Shown here one piece after another: positions 14,942 through 29,360 of a stretch of 64,000 nucleotides of DNA. The position numbers were made by a program, and so were the translations under genes. Within the stretch, counting starts at the first letter, position 1; each line of letters begins with the position of its first letter. The notes below the pieces were generated by a model. The model searched no databases. It had not been told where the DNA came from and saw nothing but the letters and a program-made list of their open reading frames with translations. Source of the stretch: the human T2T-CHM13v2.0 reference genome, Homo sapiens; NCBI RefSeq assembly GCF_009914755.1, contig NC_060934.1; one strand, given 5' to 3'.

Positions 14942-15548
14942 CCTGTCAATAAAATCCAAATGGAAGGGAAAATCTGAGTGTCTGTGGTTAACCAAGGAAT
15001 AAGTTGTTGCTTTCGGGGTTAACAAAGCAAGAAAGTGAATGAATTTTGGGTTAACGGGTTATTAACCAAATAAAACTAAAGTGAATGAGTGGGGTATGAA
15101 ACAGTGCCTCCCTATAATAAAACTTGTATAGTGATATTTTGGAATCTATGACACCATTAAAACCACCAAGATCATGTAGAGCTTATAAATATGATTCTTC
15201 CTACACCATCCTAACACAATCTAACAGCATTCCAAAGTGAGAAGCCATAAAAGAATTGTCTTCATTAAATTGCAAGTAACTGCAGTATCTTTTCTCCCAA
15301 AAGAACCTGAAAAAATCAAAAGGCTCTGCTACTCTGAAAATAGCAGTGAAAGAGTATTTGTCTGATCAAACAACTACTCTGATGAGAAAGATAAGTAATT
15401 AATTTCCATTACATTTAATACCTGAAAATTATTTTTTCTAAAACACCTTCAAGAACAGTACAGATTTTCTATTTCAAATTAATATTCATTACATTCAAAG
15501 TGCAGAGAAGGGAAACAGTGACATAGACTATTCAATAAATAAATAATA

Positions 15549-16061
15549 TTGCTATGGTTTGAATGTATGTGTCCCACCAAAATTTATACATTGGAACTTA
15601 AACCCCAAGATGATGATATGAAGAGGTGGTGCTATGGGAGGTGATTAGGCCATCAGAGACTAATCCCACCCTTATTAATGGGATTAATGCCCTAACAAAA
15701 GAGGCCTCAGAGAGCTTCCTCGCCCTTCTGTCGCTTCTGCTATCTGAGGACACAGCAACAAAGCACCATCTTGGAAGCATAGAATGAGCCTTCACCACCA
15801 ATTGAACCTATCAATGCCTTATCTTGGACTTCCCAGCCTCCGGAATTGTGGAAAATAAATATTTTTAAAGACAGGGTCTCACTATGTTGCCCAGGTTGAT
15901 CTCAAACTCCTGGGCTGAAGTAATACTCCCACCTTGGCCTCCCAAAGTGCCAGGATTACTAGTGGGTGCCACTGTGCCTAGCCTGCAAAATAAAATTCTG
16001 TTGTCTACAAAGTACCCAGTCTAAAGTATTTTGTTATAGCATCAGGAGCAGACTAAGACAA
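15549..16061 (+). mobile_element. MaLR LTR (MLT1A/MST-like) with an Alu monomer fragment (~15866-15985)
   Basis: tgctatggtttgaatgt...gttatagcatcaggagcagactaagaca. Confidence 0.75.
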
Positions 16062-16139
16062 TATCGCTTACCAGAAAATTGTCCTGTCATTTTCCATGAC
16101 TTACCTATTCACAAATAAACACAAATTTCTTCAGCGTCT

Positions 16140-17092
16140 GTGATATTGTGAAACATATATTTGGTTATCATCCCTGTTTCCTGACATACAGCTTCTAAAA
16201 ACACTTGGAATCTCTGGAGTGGTAAGAGTGTCTTTTGTATGCCGATGATATGACTGGTGATTGGTATCCCTAGACAGCTTCAGGATGGAGACTAGTCATT
16301 AGAAAGATCAAGGCAGTATTACAGTGCTGGGACTTTCATCCCCAACCGCCAAACTCCAGGGAGAAGAGAGGGGATGAAAGTTAAGTTGATCATTAATGGC
16401 CAGTGATTTAATCAACCATGACTGTAATGAAGCTTCCATAAAAACCCAAAAGAACAGGCTGAACACATGGAGGTTCGTGAGGGCAGCTCACCTGGAAAGC
16501 GCGTGGAAACTCCAAATGCATCCGCATATACTTTGCCCTATGCATCTTTTCCATCTGGCTGTTCACCTATATCCTCTGTAGTATCTTTTATAATAAATGG
16601 TAAACATAAGTAAAGTGTTTCCCTGAGTTTTCGTGAGCCACTCTAGCAAATTAATTGAGCCCAAGGAGGTCATGGGAACTCCAACTTAGAGAGCTGGTCA
16701 GTCAGATGCATAGGCCACAACTGTGGCTTGAAATTGGCATCTAAAGTAGGGGGCAGTCTTGTGGGACTGAGTCCTCAACTGGTGGGATCTCATTCTATCT
16801 CCACGTCGTACATAGTGTCAGAATTGAATCGAATTGTAGGACACCCAGCTGATGTCTGCTGCAGAATTGCTTCATGTGTAGGGGGAAATCCCCACACATC
16901 TGGTCACACGAGTGTTCTTTCTTGAGTATTACATATATAACTATGTAACAGAGTAGGAAAAAACAGTTCGGTTTTTCCTGTCACTGATTGCTTTGTGTAT
17001 AGAGAAACATTCCCACACCCATTTTGGTGTCAGAAGTGGTGAATGGTTTATGAGTAGAAAAAGCACATTAGTTTTTCCTGTATCTTTACAGC
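16140..17092 (+). mobile_element. MER21-like LTR
   Basis: tgtgatattgtgaaacatatat...aataaatggtaaacataagtaaagtgtttccctgagtt motifs. Confidence 0.65.
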
Positions 17093-17995
17093 ATCCCCAT
17101 GGGACTTATCAATTCCAGCTGAAATCTTTATTTCATATGTGGCTTCTGTCTCATTCTTCCTCTATGTTACACACGTCTTGATGACTCTAACTTTATAATA
17201 CTTTTATAATTCTTTTCTTCTGCCTATGTTGATTCTCTGTCTGTTATAATGGGAATGGAAACAGAAAGCAGATAAATTTAGGGTACTTTGGATGGATTAG
17301 CCAAGCAGTGATGGAAAAAGAAAAAAAAACACATACTAAGTCTCCACAGTGTGCTACTAAACAAGTTGTCTTGTTTAATCTTTAAAGTAACTCTGAGAGG
17401 TAGGTATTAATGTCTCTGTTTACTTACCAGGAAACTGAGGTGCAGTAAGTTTGAACATATTGAGCAAGTTCATTCAGCTACTGAGCTACAGAGTTCAGAT
17501 TCAACTTCAGTCTACCTCCAGAGGATGTTCTCTCCTGCTATATCTCATTCCAGTGAATACTCCAAGTTGGTTTGGGTAGACTATGATAAATAAATGATGT
17601 GGACCCAGATCATTGAAAAGTGAACGTTTCTGGCTTTAACAAATATGCCATATAAGAAAATTAACTTGTGTAAATGTGTAATCAATTTTAGATTTTATGT
17701 CAGACATGGTTTTTAACTTCAAATTTTTATTAACCTCAGATAACGTTATATATAATACAAACTTTGCCTGTCCCCTTCAAAAGAATTAGACTCACTACTT
17801 TGTAGATAAACCTGTTCTCTTATTGCAGCTTCAATGTATATTAGTAGCTTCAGTTGGGATTTTATCTTATTTCAAAACTTTATCTAACTTAGGTTATCTC
17901 ATTTTGCATCAAATTATGTGACAGATGATGCAATGCATGAATCACAAAGCCACAACTGCTAAATGTTTCTTACATTTAAAAAAAAAACAACTTTT

Positions 17996-18660
<665 letters not shown>

Positions 18661-19402
18661 TTATTAAAATTTACTTTACCCTGTTCAAGTGATACTGGTA
18701 ACACCATATTATTTGTTAGATTACTTAATAATACTAATTTTATTTATTTAAAATTATTTTTAGACTATGAAATAAATTTATGTAATTATAACAAATCAAA
18801 AACTGTAATTGGGTGTAAAGAAAAATTTAATAGAACAGATGAGGTTAGAGAAATAGGCAGGTGTCAGTTTATATAGGGTCCTATAGGTCAGATTTAAATG
18901 CTTGGATTTATATTCATTGGGAAGCCAATGGAAGATTTTAAGCAGGAGAATAACATCCTCTGGTTTATGTTTTAAGAAAAGCACCCTGGCTGCTATATGA
19001 AGGGTGGATTAAAAAGGAAAGGGCAAGAGTGTTACCCATGAGGCCAGTTGAGAGATGTGGTGGAACAATATCTCAGGGAAAGACAGTGGTGACTGGGAGT
19101 GGTAAAGAACGGTGAAAATAAAGAGAACCGTCATTTTTAATATCTTATTGGTGGATTGGATTAGGGGGTTGGCTGGCTAGAGAACAGAGTCAGAGGTATC
19201 TCCTGGGTTTGAGGACTGAGCAATGGATGGCAGCATTTCCTGAAATAGAGAATAAGGGAAAAACCTAATGCTCCCCCTGTTGCAAAAGTTTCTTTCTCTT
19301 TCTTTCTCTGTCTTTCTCTGTGTGTGTGTGTGTTGGAGATGGTGTGCCTTCTAGAATGTTATCCTACTCCACTGCTCTTGTACCTTTTGTAGTTTTCAGA
19401 TT

Positions 19403-19866
19403 GCAGTAGACAGATGCTCTGGTGGCCCCCATGATCCTAACTTACTGGTGCTCATGCCTTGTGGTTCCTCTCCCTTGAGTAGGGATGGGACTTGTGACTT
19501 GCTTCTGACAAATGGAGCAAGCTGCTATGTTGTGAGCTGGCCTACAAAGAGGGCCAAGTGGCACACAACTGAGGAAAGCCTTTGATTAGTAGCCAGCAAG
19601 AAACTGAGGCCCTTAGTGCAACAGCCTGCCAGGAACTGAATGTGGTCAACAACCACATGAGCTTGGAAGCAGATCCCTCCCCAGTCAAGCCTCAGGTCAG
19701 ACAGCAGCCCCAGGCAACACCTTGATTGCATCCTTTTGCTACCCTGAAGCAGCTAAGCTACCCCTGAACTCCTGATCCACAGGACCTGTGAGATAATCAA
19801 TGTGCATTGTTTTAAGCCATACATTTTTGATAATAGCGCTAAGCAGCAATAGATAACTAATATACC
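19403..19866 (+). mobile_element. MaLR LTR (MLT1E-like)
   Basis: tgcagtagacagatgctctggtggcccccatgatcc...gcagcaatagataactaatata. Confidence 0.7.
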
Positions 19867-21299
19867 AATTTTCTTAAAATACCTTCTTAAAAGAAACTAT
19901 AGCTATAATACGATTCAGGTTTCTGACATACATAAATCCTTATTCCTGTTTTGAAAAGGTTACTTTTTATAAATGTATAATATTTATAAAAGTGTAAGTC
20001 TATATACTGTCTCCAATTATGAATGCATAAAATTGTTGTGTATATCTGTCAATATAACACTTATAGAATTATAAGTTCTAAGGAAACTTGGATAGGTGAA
20101 GCAACTTGCTCAAGTTCCTATAGCTAGTGACAAATCCAGGAACAAAACTTACCACACTGAAATGTGGTTTTTAGCATTCAAGTGACATATAACCATGGAG
20201 AAAGTCTTGACAATCTTCCATTTCTTAAAGTGTATACTATCAAAACCTTTCAAGAACTCCTAAAAGGCAACAATTTTCTCACCTAGAAAGTATACTGCCA
20301 TATGTAAATGTTAGCATTATAAAACTCATCAGAGCTGAATCAAATGGCTTTTATTTGTATTTGACTCCTTTATTCACTCTAAATTATTTAATGATAAAGG
20401 AAAAAATGTTTCTTGGCTTTTCTATTTCACTTGGGTTCTTACTACATATATATGCAGCCATAGTAGATGCCAAGAAAGAAGAAAAATTGCTGCTGGACTC
20501 AAAAAGCTGCGAGTTTGAGGTGGCACACATAGATTTTTCTTTGCTAAACAAAAAGCAATCTTAAAAACTTTCCTTTGATCGGGATAAGAAGCATTCATGA
20601 TAATGCCTGCATGGTACCTGGCATGCAGTAAATGTATGTTATTGTTACTATTGTGCAGCAATGAAAAGGGAGGTGCACAGGGACAGTGTGTACCAAACTT
20701 TAAGCAAGTGATGAAGCAAACCACACCACCCTGTTACTTTGTAATTCCCATAATTTTACTTTCATCAGTTTGTCATCCTATTAGATAAAGGCCCTGATAA
20801 AAAGAAGAGAATGTTCAGCAGCATGCTGAGAATAACTGGAACGATTCATCAAAGTGAACAATTGCCCAACCATTGCTAGATGAGAAAAGTGGCAGAAAGT
20901 TGCACCAACATGAACAAATACTCTTGGACTTATGCTAAAAAGCCCCAGCAATGTTAACAGATAAAACTGTGGTGTTGAGCAGACAAAACCTCTATCTCTT
21001 CTATGCTTTTTGGTAGACATTTATTGAGCACTTACTGTAGATCAGACACTGCACTAGACACTGGGAATGTAAAAATGAGTAAGACACAGCCTTTGACTTC
21101 AATAAAAATAAATTATAATGGAATTCAACAATAGAGAAATATATAAGGACACACAAAGGAATAAAAGATTAACTCTACCAATGGGAGTTAGAGAAAGCTT
21201 CTTAGAGAAGGAGACGTCTGAGTTGAGTTTTATGGGATGAATCCGAAAATTATCAGAAAAAAAATAAGGAACAACCAAGTGCAAAAGCACGACAGATTC

Positions 21300-23070
21300 T
21301 TCCCAATTTGAAAACTTACCACAGTAATTAATACAGTGTGGTATAGGCATAAGGATAAACATAACAGATCAATGGAATCGAATTGAGAGTCCAGAAATAA
21401 ACCTCACATTTAGAGAACTGATTTTTGACAAGAGTGCCAAGACAATTCAATGGGAGAAAGAACAATCTTTCAACAAATGGTTCCGGGACAACCAGATAGC
21501 CACATGAAAAAAAAATGAATTGGACCCCTGCTTAACACCATATACAAAAGTCAACTCAAAATGGACCAAAGACCTAAAATGTAAGAGTTAAAACTTTACA
21601 ACTCTTGGATGAAAATATGGGAGTAAATCTTTGTGATTGTAGATTATGCAACACTTTCTTAGATATGAAACTGAAAGCACAATTGACCAAAAATATTTTT
21701 AAAAATTGTATTTCACCAAAATTAAAAACTGTTGTGCTTTCTCAGACACACCACTAGGCAAGTAAAAAGACAGCCTACAGAATGGGAGAAAATATTTGCA
21801 AATCATATATTTAATAACAGGCTTGTATCCAGAATATACTAACAAAAACTCTTACAACTCAATAGTTAAAAGATAATTAACAAATTAAATATGCACAAAA
21901 AATCAGGATAGACATTTCTCCAAAGAAGATATATAAATGGTCAATAAGCACTTGAAAAGATGCTCAACATCGTTAGCTATAAGGGAATGTAAAACAAAAC
22001 CACAATGAGACACCACTTCTTGCCCACTAGCATAACTCTAATAAAAAAGACAGACAATAACAAGTGTTGACTAGAATGTGGAGAAATTACAACCCTAATA
22101 CATGACTGTGAAAATGTAAAATGGTGCAATCACTTTGGAATAACAATTTGGCAGTTCCTCAAGGTTAAACATAAGAGTTACCATATGATCTAGCAATTCC
22201 ACTCCTAGATATAAGTGTATACCCAAGAGAAAAGAAAACATATGTCTACACAAAAACATGTATGTAAATATTCATAACAGCATTATTAATAATAACCAAA
22301 AGTGGAAACAATCCAAATGTCCACCAATTAATGAATGCATAAATATGTGATATAGCAGTACAGATAAATATTATTTAGCAATAAAAAGCAATGAAGTACT
22401 GATATATGTGACAACATGGAAAAACCCTTGAAAACATGCTAAGCAAAAGAAGCCAGTCACAAAAGATAATTCGTTGTATGATTCAATTTATTTTAAATGT
22501 CCAGAAAAGGCAAATCCATGGAGACAAAAAGTAGATTGGTGATTGCCAGGACTGGAGGGTATGGAGGGAGAAAAATGGGGGTGACTAATAATAGGTGTGG
22601 GGTTTCTTTCTGGGGTTTGACAATATTCTACAAAAGAGACTGTGGTCTTTGTGGCACAACCTGTGAGTACAGTAAAAACTACTGAACTGAACACTGCATT
22701 TTTAATTTTTTTTTTCTAGAGACAAGTTCTCACTCTGTCACCCAGGTTGGAGTACAGTACACATCATAGTTCACTACAGTCTCAAACTCCTGGACTCAAG
22801 TGATCATCCCAACTCAGCCTCCCTAGTAGCTAGGACTACAGGTGCGTGCCACCATGCTTGGCTAATGTTGTTTTTTGCTGTTGTTGTTTTTTTGTGGAGA
22901 CAGGGTTTTGCTATGTTGCCCAAGCTGGTCTTGAACTCCTCAAGTGATCCTCTCACCTCAACTTCCCAAAGTGCTGAGATTACAGGCATAAGCCACCAGA
23001 CCTAGCCTGAATTGAACAATTTAATTGGGGGAATTGTATAGTATGTGAATTATATCTCAAAGCTGTTAGA
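21300..23070 (+). mobile_element. L1MB-like 3' fragment (ORF2 C-terminus and 3'UTR)
   Basis: Recognisable L1 ORF2 3' DNA (agatcaatggaatcgaattgagagtccagaaataaacc) and 3'UTR; interrupted by an AluJ. Confidence 0.8.
22700..23007 (-). mobile_element. AluJ
   Basis: Antisense dimeric Alu with J-type motifs. Confidence 0.85.
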
Positions 23071-23179
23071 AAAAAAGGCACAATGGATGTGGGGTTATCG
23101 ACTGTGCAAATGGCCCCAATTCTTCACTCCCTCTGTATCCATGCCCTTTGCCATGTGACTTTCTACTTTCTCTCATGGG

Positions 23180-23585
23180 GTGGGTTAGGCTATTCTTGCA
23201 TTGCATAAAGAAATACCTGAGACTGAGTAATTTATAAGAAAAGAGGTTTAATTGGCTCATGGTTCTGCGTTGTACAAGCATGTTGTTGACATTTGTTTGG
23301 CTTCTGGGGAGGCTTCAGGGAGATTTTACTCATGGCAGAAGGTGAAGCGGGAGCAGGCACGTCACATGGCCAGAGCGAGCAAGTGAGAGAGAGAGAGAGT
23401 TGGGGGAGGTGCCACACACTTTTAAACAATCAGATCTCATGAGAACTCACTTATCACCAAGGGGATGGCGCTAAGCCATTCATGAGGGATACACCCCCAG
23501 GATCGAAACACCTCCCCACCTTCATCACTAGGGATTACATTTCAACATGAGATGTGATGGAGACACAGATATCCAAACTATATCA
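23180..23585 (-). mobile_element. MST-type MaLR LTR nested in an older MLT1 LTR (~23087-24000)
   Basis: ataaagaaatacctgagactgagtaatttataagaaaagaggtttaattggctcatggttctg; ends atccaaactatatca. Confidence 0.75.
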
Positions 23586-24277
23586 TGGAGTAATTTCCCT
23601 ATTCACTGAATCTAGGTTGATGTTGTAGCTTTGTCCAGTAGAGTGCAGGGAAATGATTTGCTGTCACTTCCAGGCCTGGGACTTAAGAACTCTTGCATGT
23701 TTCCATTTGGCCTTTGCTCCTCTGCCATTGCCATGAGAACATCCCTGGATTAGTTTGATAGAGAATGAGAGACACGACACAAAGAAGTTTCTCTTCAATC
23801 ATCCCATCTAAGGTCATCCTAGATCAGCCAATAGCCACCCAGTTCCCAAGCATGTGAATGAGCCCAGCAGTGACCAGAAAAACCACCCAGTCAAACCGTA
23901 ATTGTCAAATTTTAAACTTACAGACTAATTACATGTTTGTTGTTTCCAGCCAGTGTGTTTTGGGATTGAAGTATTTGTATGAAAATAGGTAACTGATACA
24001 GCAGGATAACACAGCATTCACTGTCATCTCAGGAACTTGAAGGAAGAGAATAGAGAGGATAGGTAATGAAATTTAGCACTTCCTAGACCTCAAGTCCTTT
24101 ACAGAGAAGGGACTTGGAAAGTTAAATATTGTGTGTGCATGCATAAAAATATAAAAATGTGAGTCAAAATTAATACAAGGTGACTGGAAATTCCACGGTG
24201 ACATTTAAAAATATATAGCATATTCTATTTACTGCCTCATAGTGATTACGCTAAAAAAAAAAAAAAAAAAAGCTTAA

Positions 24278-24620
<343 letters not shown>

Positions 24621-25084
24621 TAACTTCAATTTATTCGTGAGAAAATGTCAGTAGTGGGACAGTCTACTAAAAAACTGACCAGTACTCTCAAAAGTGTCAA
24701 GTTCCTGAAAGGCAAAAAAGATTGAGGAACTTTCCAAGATTGGAGAAAATAAAAGAGATACAATTAAATGAAATGTGGAATCGTTGGATTTTGGAATAGA
24801 AAAGGGACATTAGTGGAATAATTGGAAAATTTTGAATAAGATCTGTAGATTAATTAATAGTAAAAAGTATTAAATCAATGTTCATTTTCTGGTTTCAATA
24901 ACACTACTATGAATAAATAAGTTGTCAACATTTGGGGAAGCTGGGCTCAGGGTTATACAAGAATCATGTGCACTGTTCTGCAATGTTTTTGGAAATCTAA
25001 ATTTTTTTTTAAAGTTAGACCACAATTATAATTTTTTAAAAAGGGGGAAAGAGTATACATAAAAATGTTTACAGCAGCTATTTT

Positions 25085-25985
25085 CCACAAATAATTTGTT
25101 GACATGCCAGACATTATTTTGGTACTAGGGCTACAGCAATCAATGAGACAGAAAAATCCCTGCTCTTATGCAAGGCTCTCTTCTTCATAAGGTAAACAGA
25201 ATATGTGTAAGATCATTTGAGCTAGTGTTAAATACTGTGTAGAAAGTAAATCAGGGTGAGGGAGTAGGAACAGACGGTATGGGTCACTTTAGCTGAAGTG
25301 GTCAGGACATCTCTCTTTGAGGGGCTGTTAATTGAATGAGACCTGAATGACCTAAGGAACTGACTTTGTATGGAAAGGACATTTTGGGCAGGTTAAAAGC
25401 AAAGCAAAGGCCCTGGGGCAGAAGCAAGTATGAAGCGTGTTAAGAAGAGGAAGGCCAGCCTAGTCAAAAGTGGAATGTTACTAGCTTTCCAAATCAGACT
25501 GGAGGAGTATGCATCTTCCAGAACAGGTAGCTAGCATCAGGAGTTTGCATTTTATGTACAAAAGGAAGTGATCGGGTGGTTTTAAGAGGGTGGGACATGA
25601 TGTGACTGGGATTTTTTAAAATGTCATTTCATTTTTTGTGGGAAATGACCTGCAAGAGGAGGAGGGCAGCAGAAGTGAGGCCTGTTGGGAGGCCATTGCA
25701 GGAGTCTAAAGAAGGAGAGTTGGTGGCTTGACTAGGGTGGTCAGTGAAGTGGCAGAACAGCGACTGGCCCTGGATGTATTTTGTGGTAGGTAGAGCTGAG
25801 TAAATTTTACAGATGGACTGAATGTGCTGGTACAGGGAAATAAAGGAATCTAGGATAATTCCTTGTTTTCTTGTCCAATTTGGGTGGATTTTGGTGCCAA
25901 TTACCAGGGAAGAGTGATGGAGGAACAGTTTTCTGGGGGGAAAATCAAGAATTCTGTTCTGAATATATTAAATTTGAGACTTTTT
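25085..25985 (-). mobile_element. L2 fragment
   Basis: Purine-rich L2-type motifs (gcaaaggccctggggcag, ggaggccattgcagga). Confidence 0.55.
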
Positions 25986-26651
25986 AAAGACCATTATTTT
26001 ATGTTTTTGCAATGATTGAGTAATAAATATATGTAAATGTATTTTTTAGGAGCTTTACATTTTAGGAAAAAAATGAAGTTGGTTTTGGGAACATTCAAAA
26101 ATGTTAGGCAAACTGGGTGCTTAAATTATTTAAATAAAGATGGGGGTATATCTCACCTGGAAAAGTGAATGAGAGAAGACTAATATATAGGACGAAAGGC
26201 TCCATCCTAAATAGAAGCAGTTTTAGAATGCACAAGTGATGTATTAAATTTATTCCTGGGCGTGAACAATGATGAGCATCCATAAGTGAACTTTTTACAA
26301 CTGTCATCACCCACATAAACACAACATTTTTCAAAAGAAAAACAAAATCATCCAACTGTCCTTCAAGTTTAGAAAAGAGAACTCTGCTCAAATGTGCATG
26401 TAGGAAGAGATATAATGGTATGACAACTTCTCTTTCTTTTTCTTTAAAGGAACAGTGCACAGGGAATCTGGAAACTATAGGAGGGTAATTATTGAGAGAT
26501 TATGGTATTGCGGTCAAGGGTGTGGACTGTGGAGCCCAGTGATCTATGCTCTACTCTTATCTCCACCACTTACTGGTTGTATAACTTTGTTCAAGTTCTG
26601 TAACCTCTCTCTGTGCCTCAGTTATATCATCCGTAAACCGAGATAATAATA

Positions 26652-27090
26652 TGTAGTAGACCCTGCAATGCACCCCACACCCCCTCCTCCCAGATTCTAC
26701 TTCACAGTGGCTGGGAATATTACCAGAAGATGGCCCTTAACTGTCAGTCTTTTTAGTGGATTGTCTTGGCTGAAGAAATTCTCTCCCTCAAGGTCACACC
26801 TCCTTCCAGGGACAGCCATATCTAATGATTGATCAACATGGGGTATAAAGGCTTGGCCCCATCACTCCAATTCAGGGAAGCTAGAAGGGACTTCCCAGCT
26901 CCAGAGTTCCAGATGGAGTTGGCTGAGGCTTCCATTGGGCCTGCATTCCAGCTCAACTGCTCACTTTGCTCAATCCTGCTTTCTTCTCCTTCTTTCCCCA
27001 GGTGTTGATCCCAAGACCACTCCCTAGTAAACATCTTGTAATCTAATCTCCCTTTTGGAGTCTGCTTCCCAGGGAGCCTGACCTGCAACA
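26652..27090 (+). mobile_element. LTR16A-like ERVL LTR inside a MIR (~26500-27200)
   Basis: Ends gagtctgcttcccagggagcctgacctgcaaca; MIR core ctctctgtgcctcagtt to the left and MIR 3' sequence to the right. Confidence 0.65.
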
Positions 27091-28280
27091 TAAGAGTACC
27101 TTCCTTATAGGGTGATCCTTAGGAATCAATAAGTCACCATACATAAAGCATGTGAAAGGGTGCTTGCACATAGTAAGTGGAATGTGTCAGCTATTATTAT
27201 TGAAGCAATCCTCTTATGAAGCTATCAACTCCTGCAATTGTCTTTATTTTTCCCTCAGTCATAAAAGGCTTGTTATAGTGGTTTGAGTTAATTTTCCATA
27301 TGTTGCAAATAAATTTAACTGGCTTTAGGTGATGAGAAACGGAAGAAGAAAACAGGTTTCTGACATATTTGTTGCTATTGGAATCCCCACATTCTTGTCA
27401 GAGAGGCTGTCTCTGTGTTTGCAACCTGACTATAAGCATCTTCTCTGTTTGCATATTGTGTTTTTCTTTTAATTGAGAAAAGGTAGGTGTGAATTATTGT
27501 ATTTTCATTAGGCTTGGATTACATACATGTCCCGATAAAGGCACCTGCATGACAAGAATCTGCATTTGTAGGGTCTTCTCCTGAGATGAGAAGAAATCAG
27601 TATCTTCAGCTTAGTTTATTCTGTTCAGACAGAAAGAGTTCTGATAACCAGAGGGCTGGATCTAAGCTCATTTTGTCACTGCATTTTTTTTTTTTTTTTT
27701 GGTCTGGTTCATAAGCACTTGATCCTTGTGGACCAAAATAGAGATTGAACTTTTCCCATAAAACTGAAGCTCTAAAAAAACAAAAAGGAAAAGCCAGAGA
27801 GCTCCCATACTCAAAAGGAAGGAATACAAGACCACATAAAGCTAAATTTAAAAAATAAATGTTAACTCAAAAGTCAGATTATACATTAGATTATGCCACA
27901 TTAAAACATCAGGAGAAAGAAGAATTGACAAATGCAAACTGGCTGAAAAGTAGAGGCTATGGTTGTTAAGGAAGATGTCATTGTTTTTCTTACAATTCTC
28001 CAAAGAGCAGTAGCTGTGTAAGTTAGTTTAAACCATGTATACAATATATACAGCATATGAGTATATTCTTCTTCTAACAGGAAAGCCAAAAATTCTGTGA
28101 TCCCATTTCCCCGTATTTGTCTATTATTATTCCTTAATACAAAGCCTTCACACAGCACAGTTTTGGAAGTAATCACCAAAGAGGTGACCCTCCCTGTCCT
28201 GTTTAGTGGGAGTTATGTGCTGTTTGCCTCTTATCCACTCTTGATCATTTGAAGGCCTTTGGCTCACATGAGACTCCAAG

Positions 28281-29360
28281 CTACTATCCCTGGCAATCAG
28301 GATACATATCCTCACATCAGTGGGCACCTCGTTTCTCAGCCACAAGTTGAATAAATTGGGAGAGGCTGGCATAAAGCTCAAGTTTATCATTAATGTCCAC
28401 CCATTTCACTTTCTTGGCATCATCGCCAGCTTCCAGAGGAAGATGGTCCATTATTTCATCACGGTAGTTCACAGCCTCTGTCTCTATCCAGCAGTTATCT
28501 GTGTTTCTAGAATCATCCACGTAGCCTTTATAGACCTCAAAATGTTCCTGACTGAGGAGTTTGTGCAATTGTCTCTCCAACTCCTGCATTTCTTTCCTAG
28601 ATTTCTGTAAAGAGTTCATGGCTTCCTCGCCAAATTCTCTCTTCAATGTAGCACTAATTTTCTCTCCTGGATCCACCATACCCCCTGGGATTGCCTATTC
28701 TCCACAGTCCTTCCTTTTGATGGCTACAAATTGCAGGATATTTTTTCCAGAAATAGGGTGGATAATTTCGTTTCCCTTGCTATCCCTTTTCCATCTGGTT
28801 AAGATGGAATCTACAGCATGATTGGGGCCCCAACACCCCAAAGGCCCTTGGCCAACCAGTCCTGTCCGAGGTGCAGGATTTCTAAGTCTACCCTTCTCAA
28901 TCTCATATAAGCCATGCTGGTTCCTTCTCTCCACATGCCCATCCTTTTCGTTAAACTTAGGAGAGAAGTTCCTTTCACCCACTTGAGGGTCTGCCCACAC
29001 GGGCCCAGGCAAGACAGAGCTGGCAATGTACTCCACGGGCGTTACTCTCGCCACTCGACCAGCCAGCTCATTTTCTCATGGGGAACCAGGCTTCGCTCCA
29101 CCTTGGAGCCAGGGTACGGAGATGTCCGGGCCTTCTCGTGGGGCTTCTCAGCAGTGCGCTTCGAACCTGACGTGATGAAGTTTAGAGAAAACCTATGTGA
29201 GGAAAACAGGCTCCAGCTGGCCAGGATGTTGGGGCAGCTGCCGGGCCTGCCTGTCACAGAGGCCAAGGTCATGAAGGGAGACACGGTCGCCTGTCACAGA
29301 GGCCAAGGTCATGAAGGGAGACACGGTCGCTAAAGCCTTGGACAGGCGGCGTCCAGCCAT
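28281..29360 (-). pseudogene. NUDT9P1: Processed pseudogene (retrocopy) of NUDT9, mitochondrial ADP-ribose pyrophosphatase
   Basis: Intronless and colinear with NUDT9 from the ATG at 29360 (MAGRRLSKALATVS) through KARTSPYPGSKVERS, GPNHAVD, the Nudix box [21 protein letters not shown], to LVAEKRGAH. Lesions: 40-bp duplication, 1-bp deletion near 29042, Trp-to-TAG at 28695-28697, Trp-to-TGA at 28317-28319. The symbol is from recalled locus context. Confidence 0.92.
29249..29330. repeat. Perfect 40-bp tandem duplication
   Basis: gcctgtcacagaggccaaggtcatgaagggagacacggtc twice (29249-29288, 29289-29328), followed by gc. Confidence 0.98.

Noticed and set aside
14985-15090. Recurrent GGTTAAC / AAAGTGAATGA motifs resembling a spaced repeat array
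   Set aside because: Too few and too irregular; probably a decayed DNA-transposon end or chance. Not CRISPR-like.
19965-19992. Short AT-only inverted repeat
   Set aside because: About 10-bp arms of A/T only; expected by chance.
27684-27700. T17 run as the retrocopy's poly-A tail
   Set aside because: No polyadenylation hexamer 10-30 nt upstream on the - strand and no matching TSD found at the 5' side; it may simply be a genomic A-run that could cause internal oligo-dT priming.
29040-29330. The +40 duplication and -1 deletion restore the NUDT9 frame (net +39)
   Set aside because: The shifted frame between them has stops (TAG at 29193-29195 and a later TGA), so no read-through protein results; likely coincidence.
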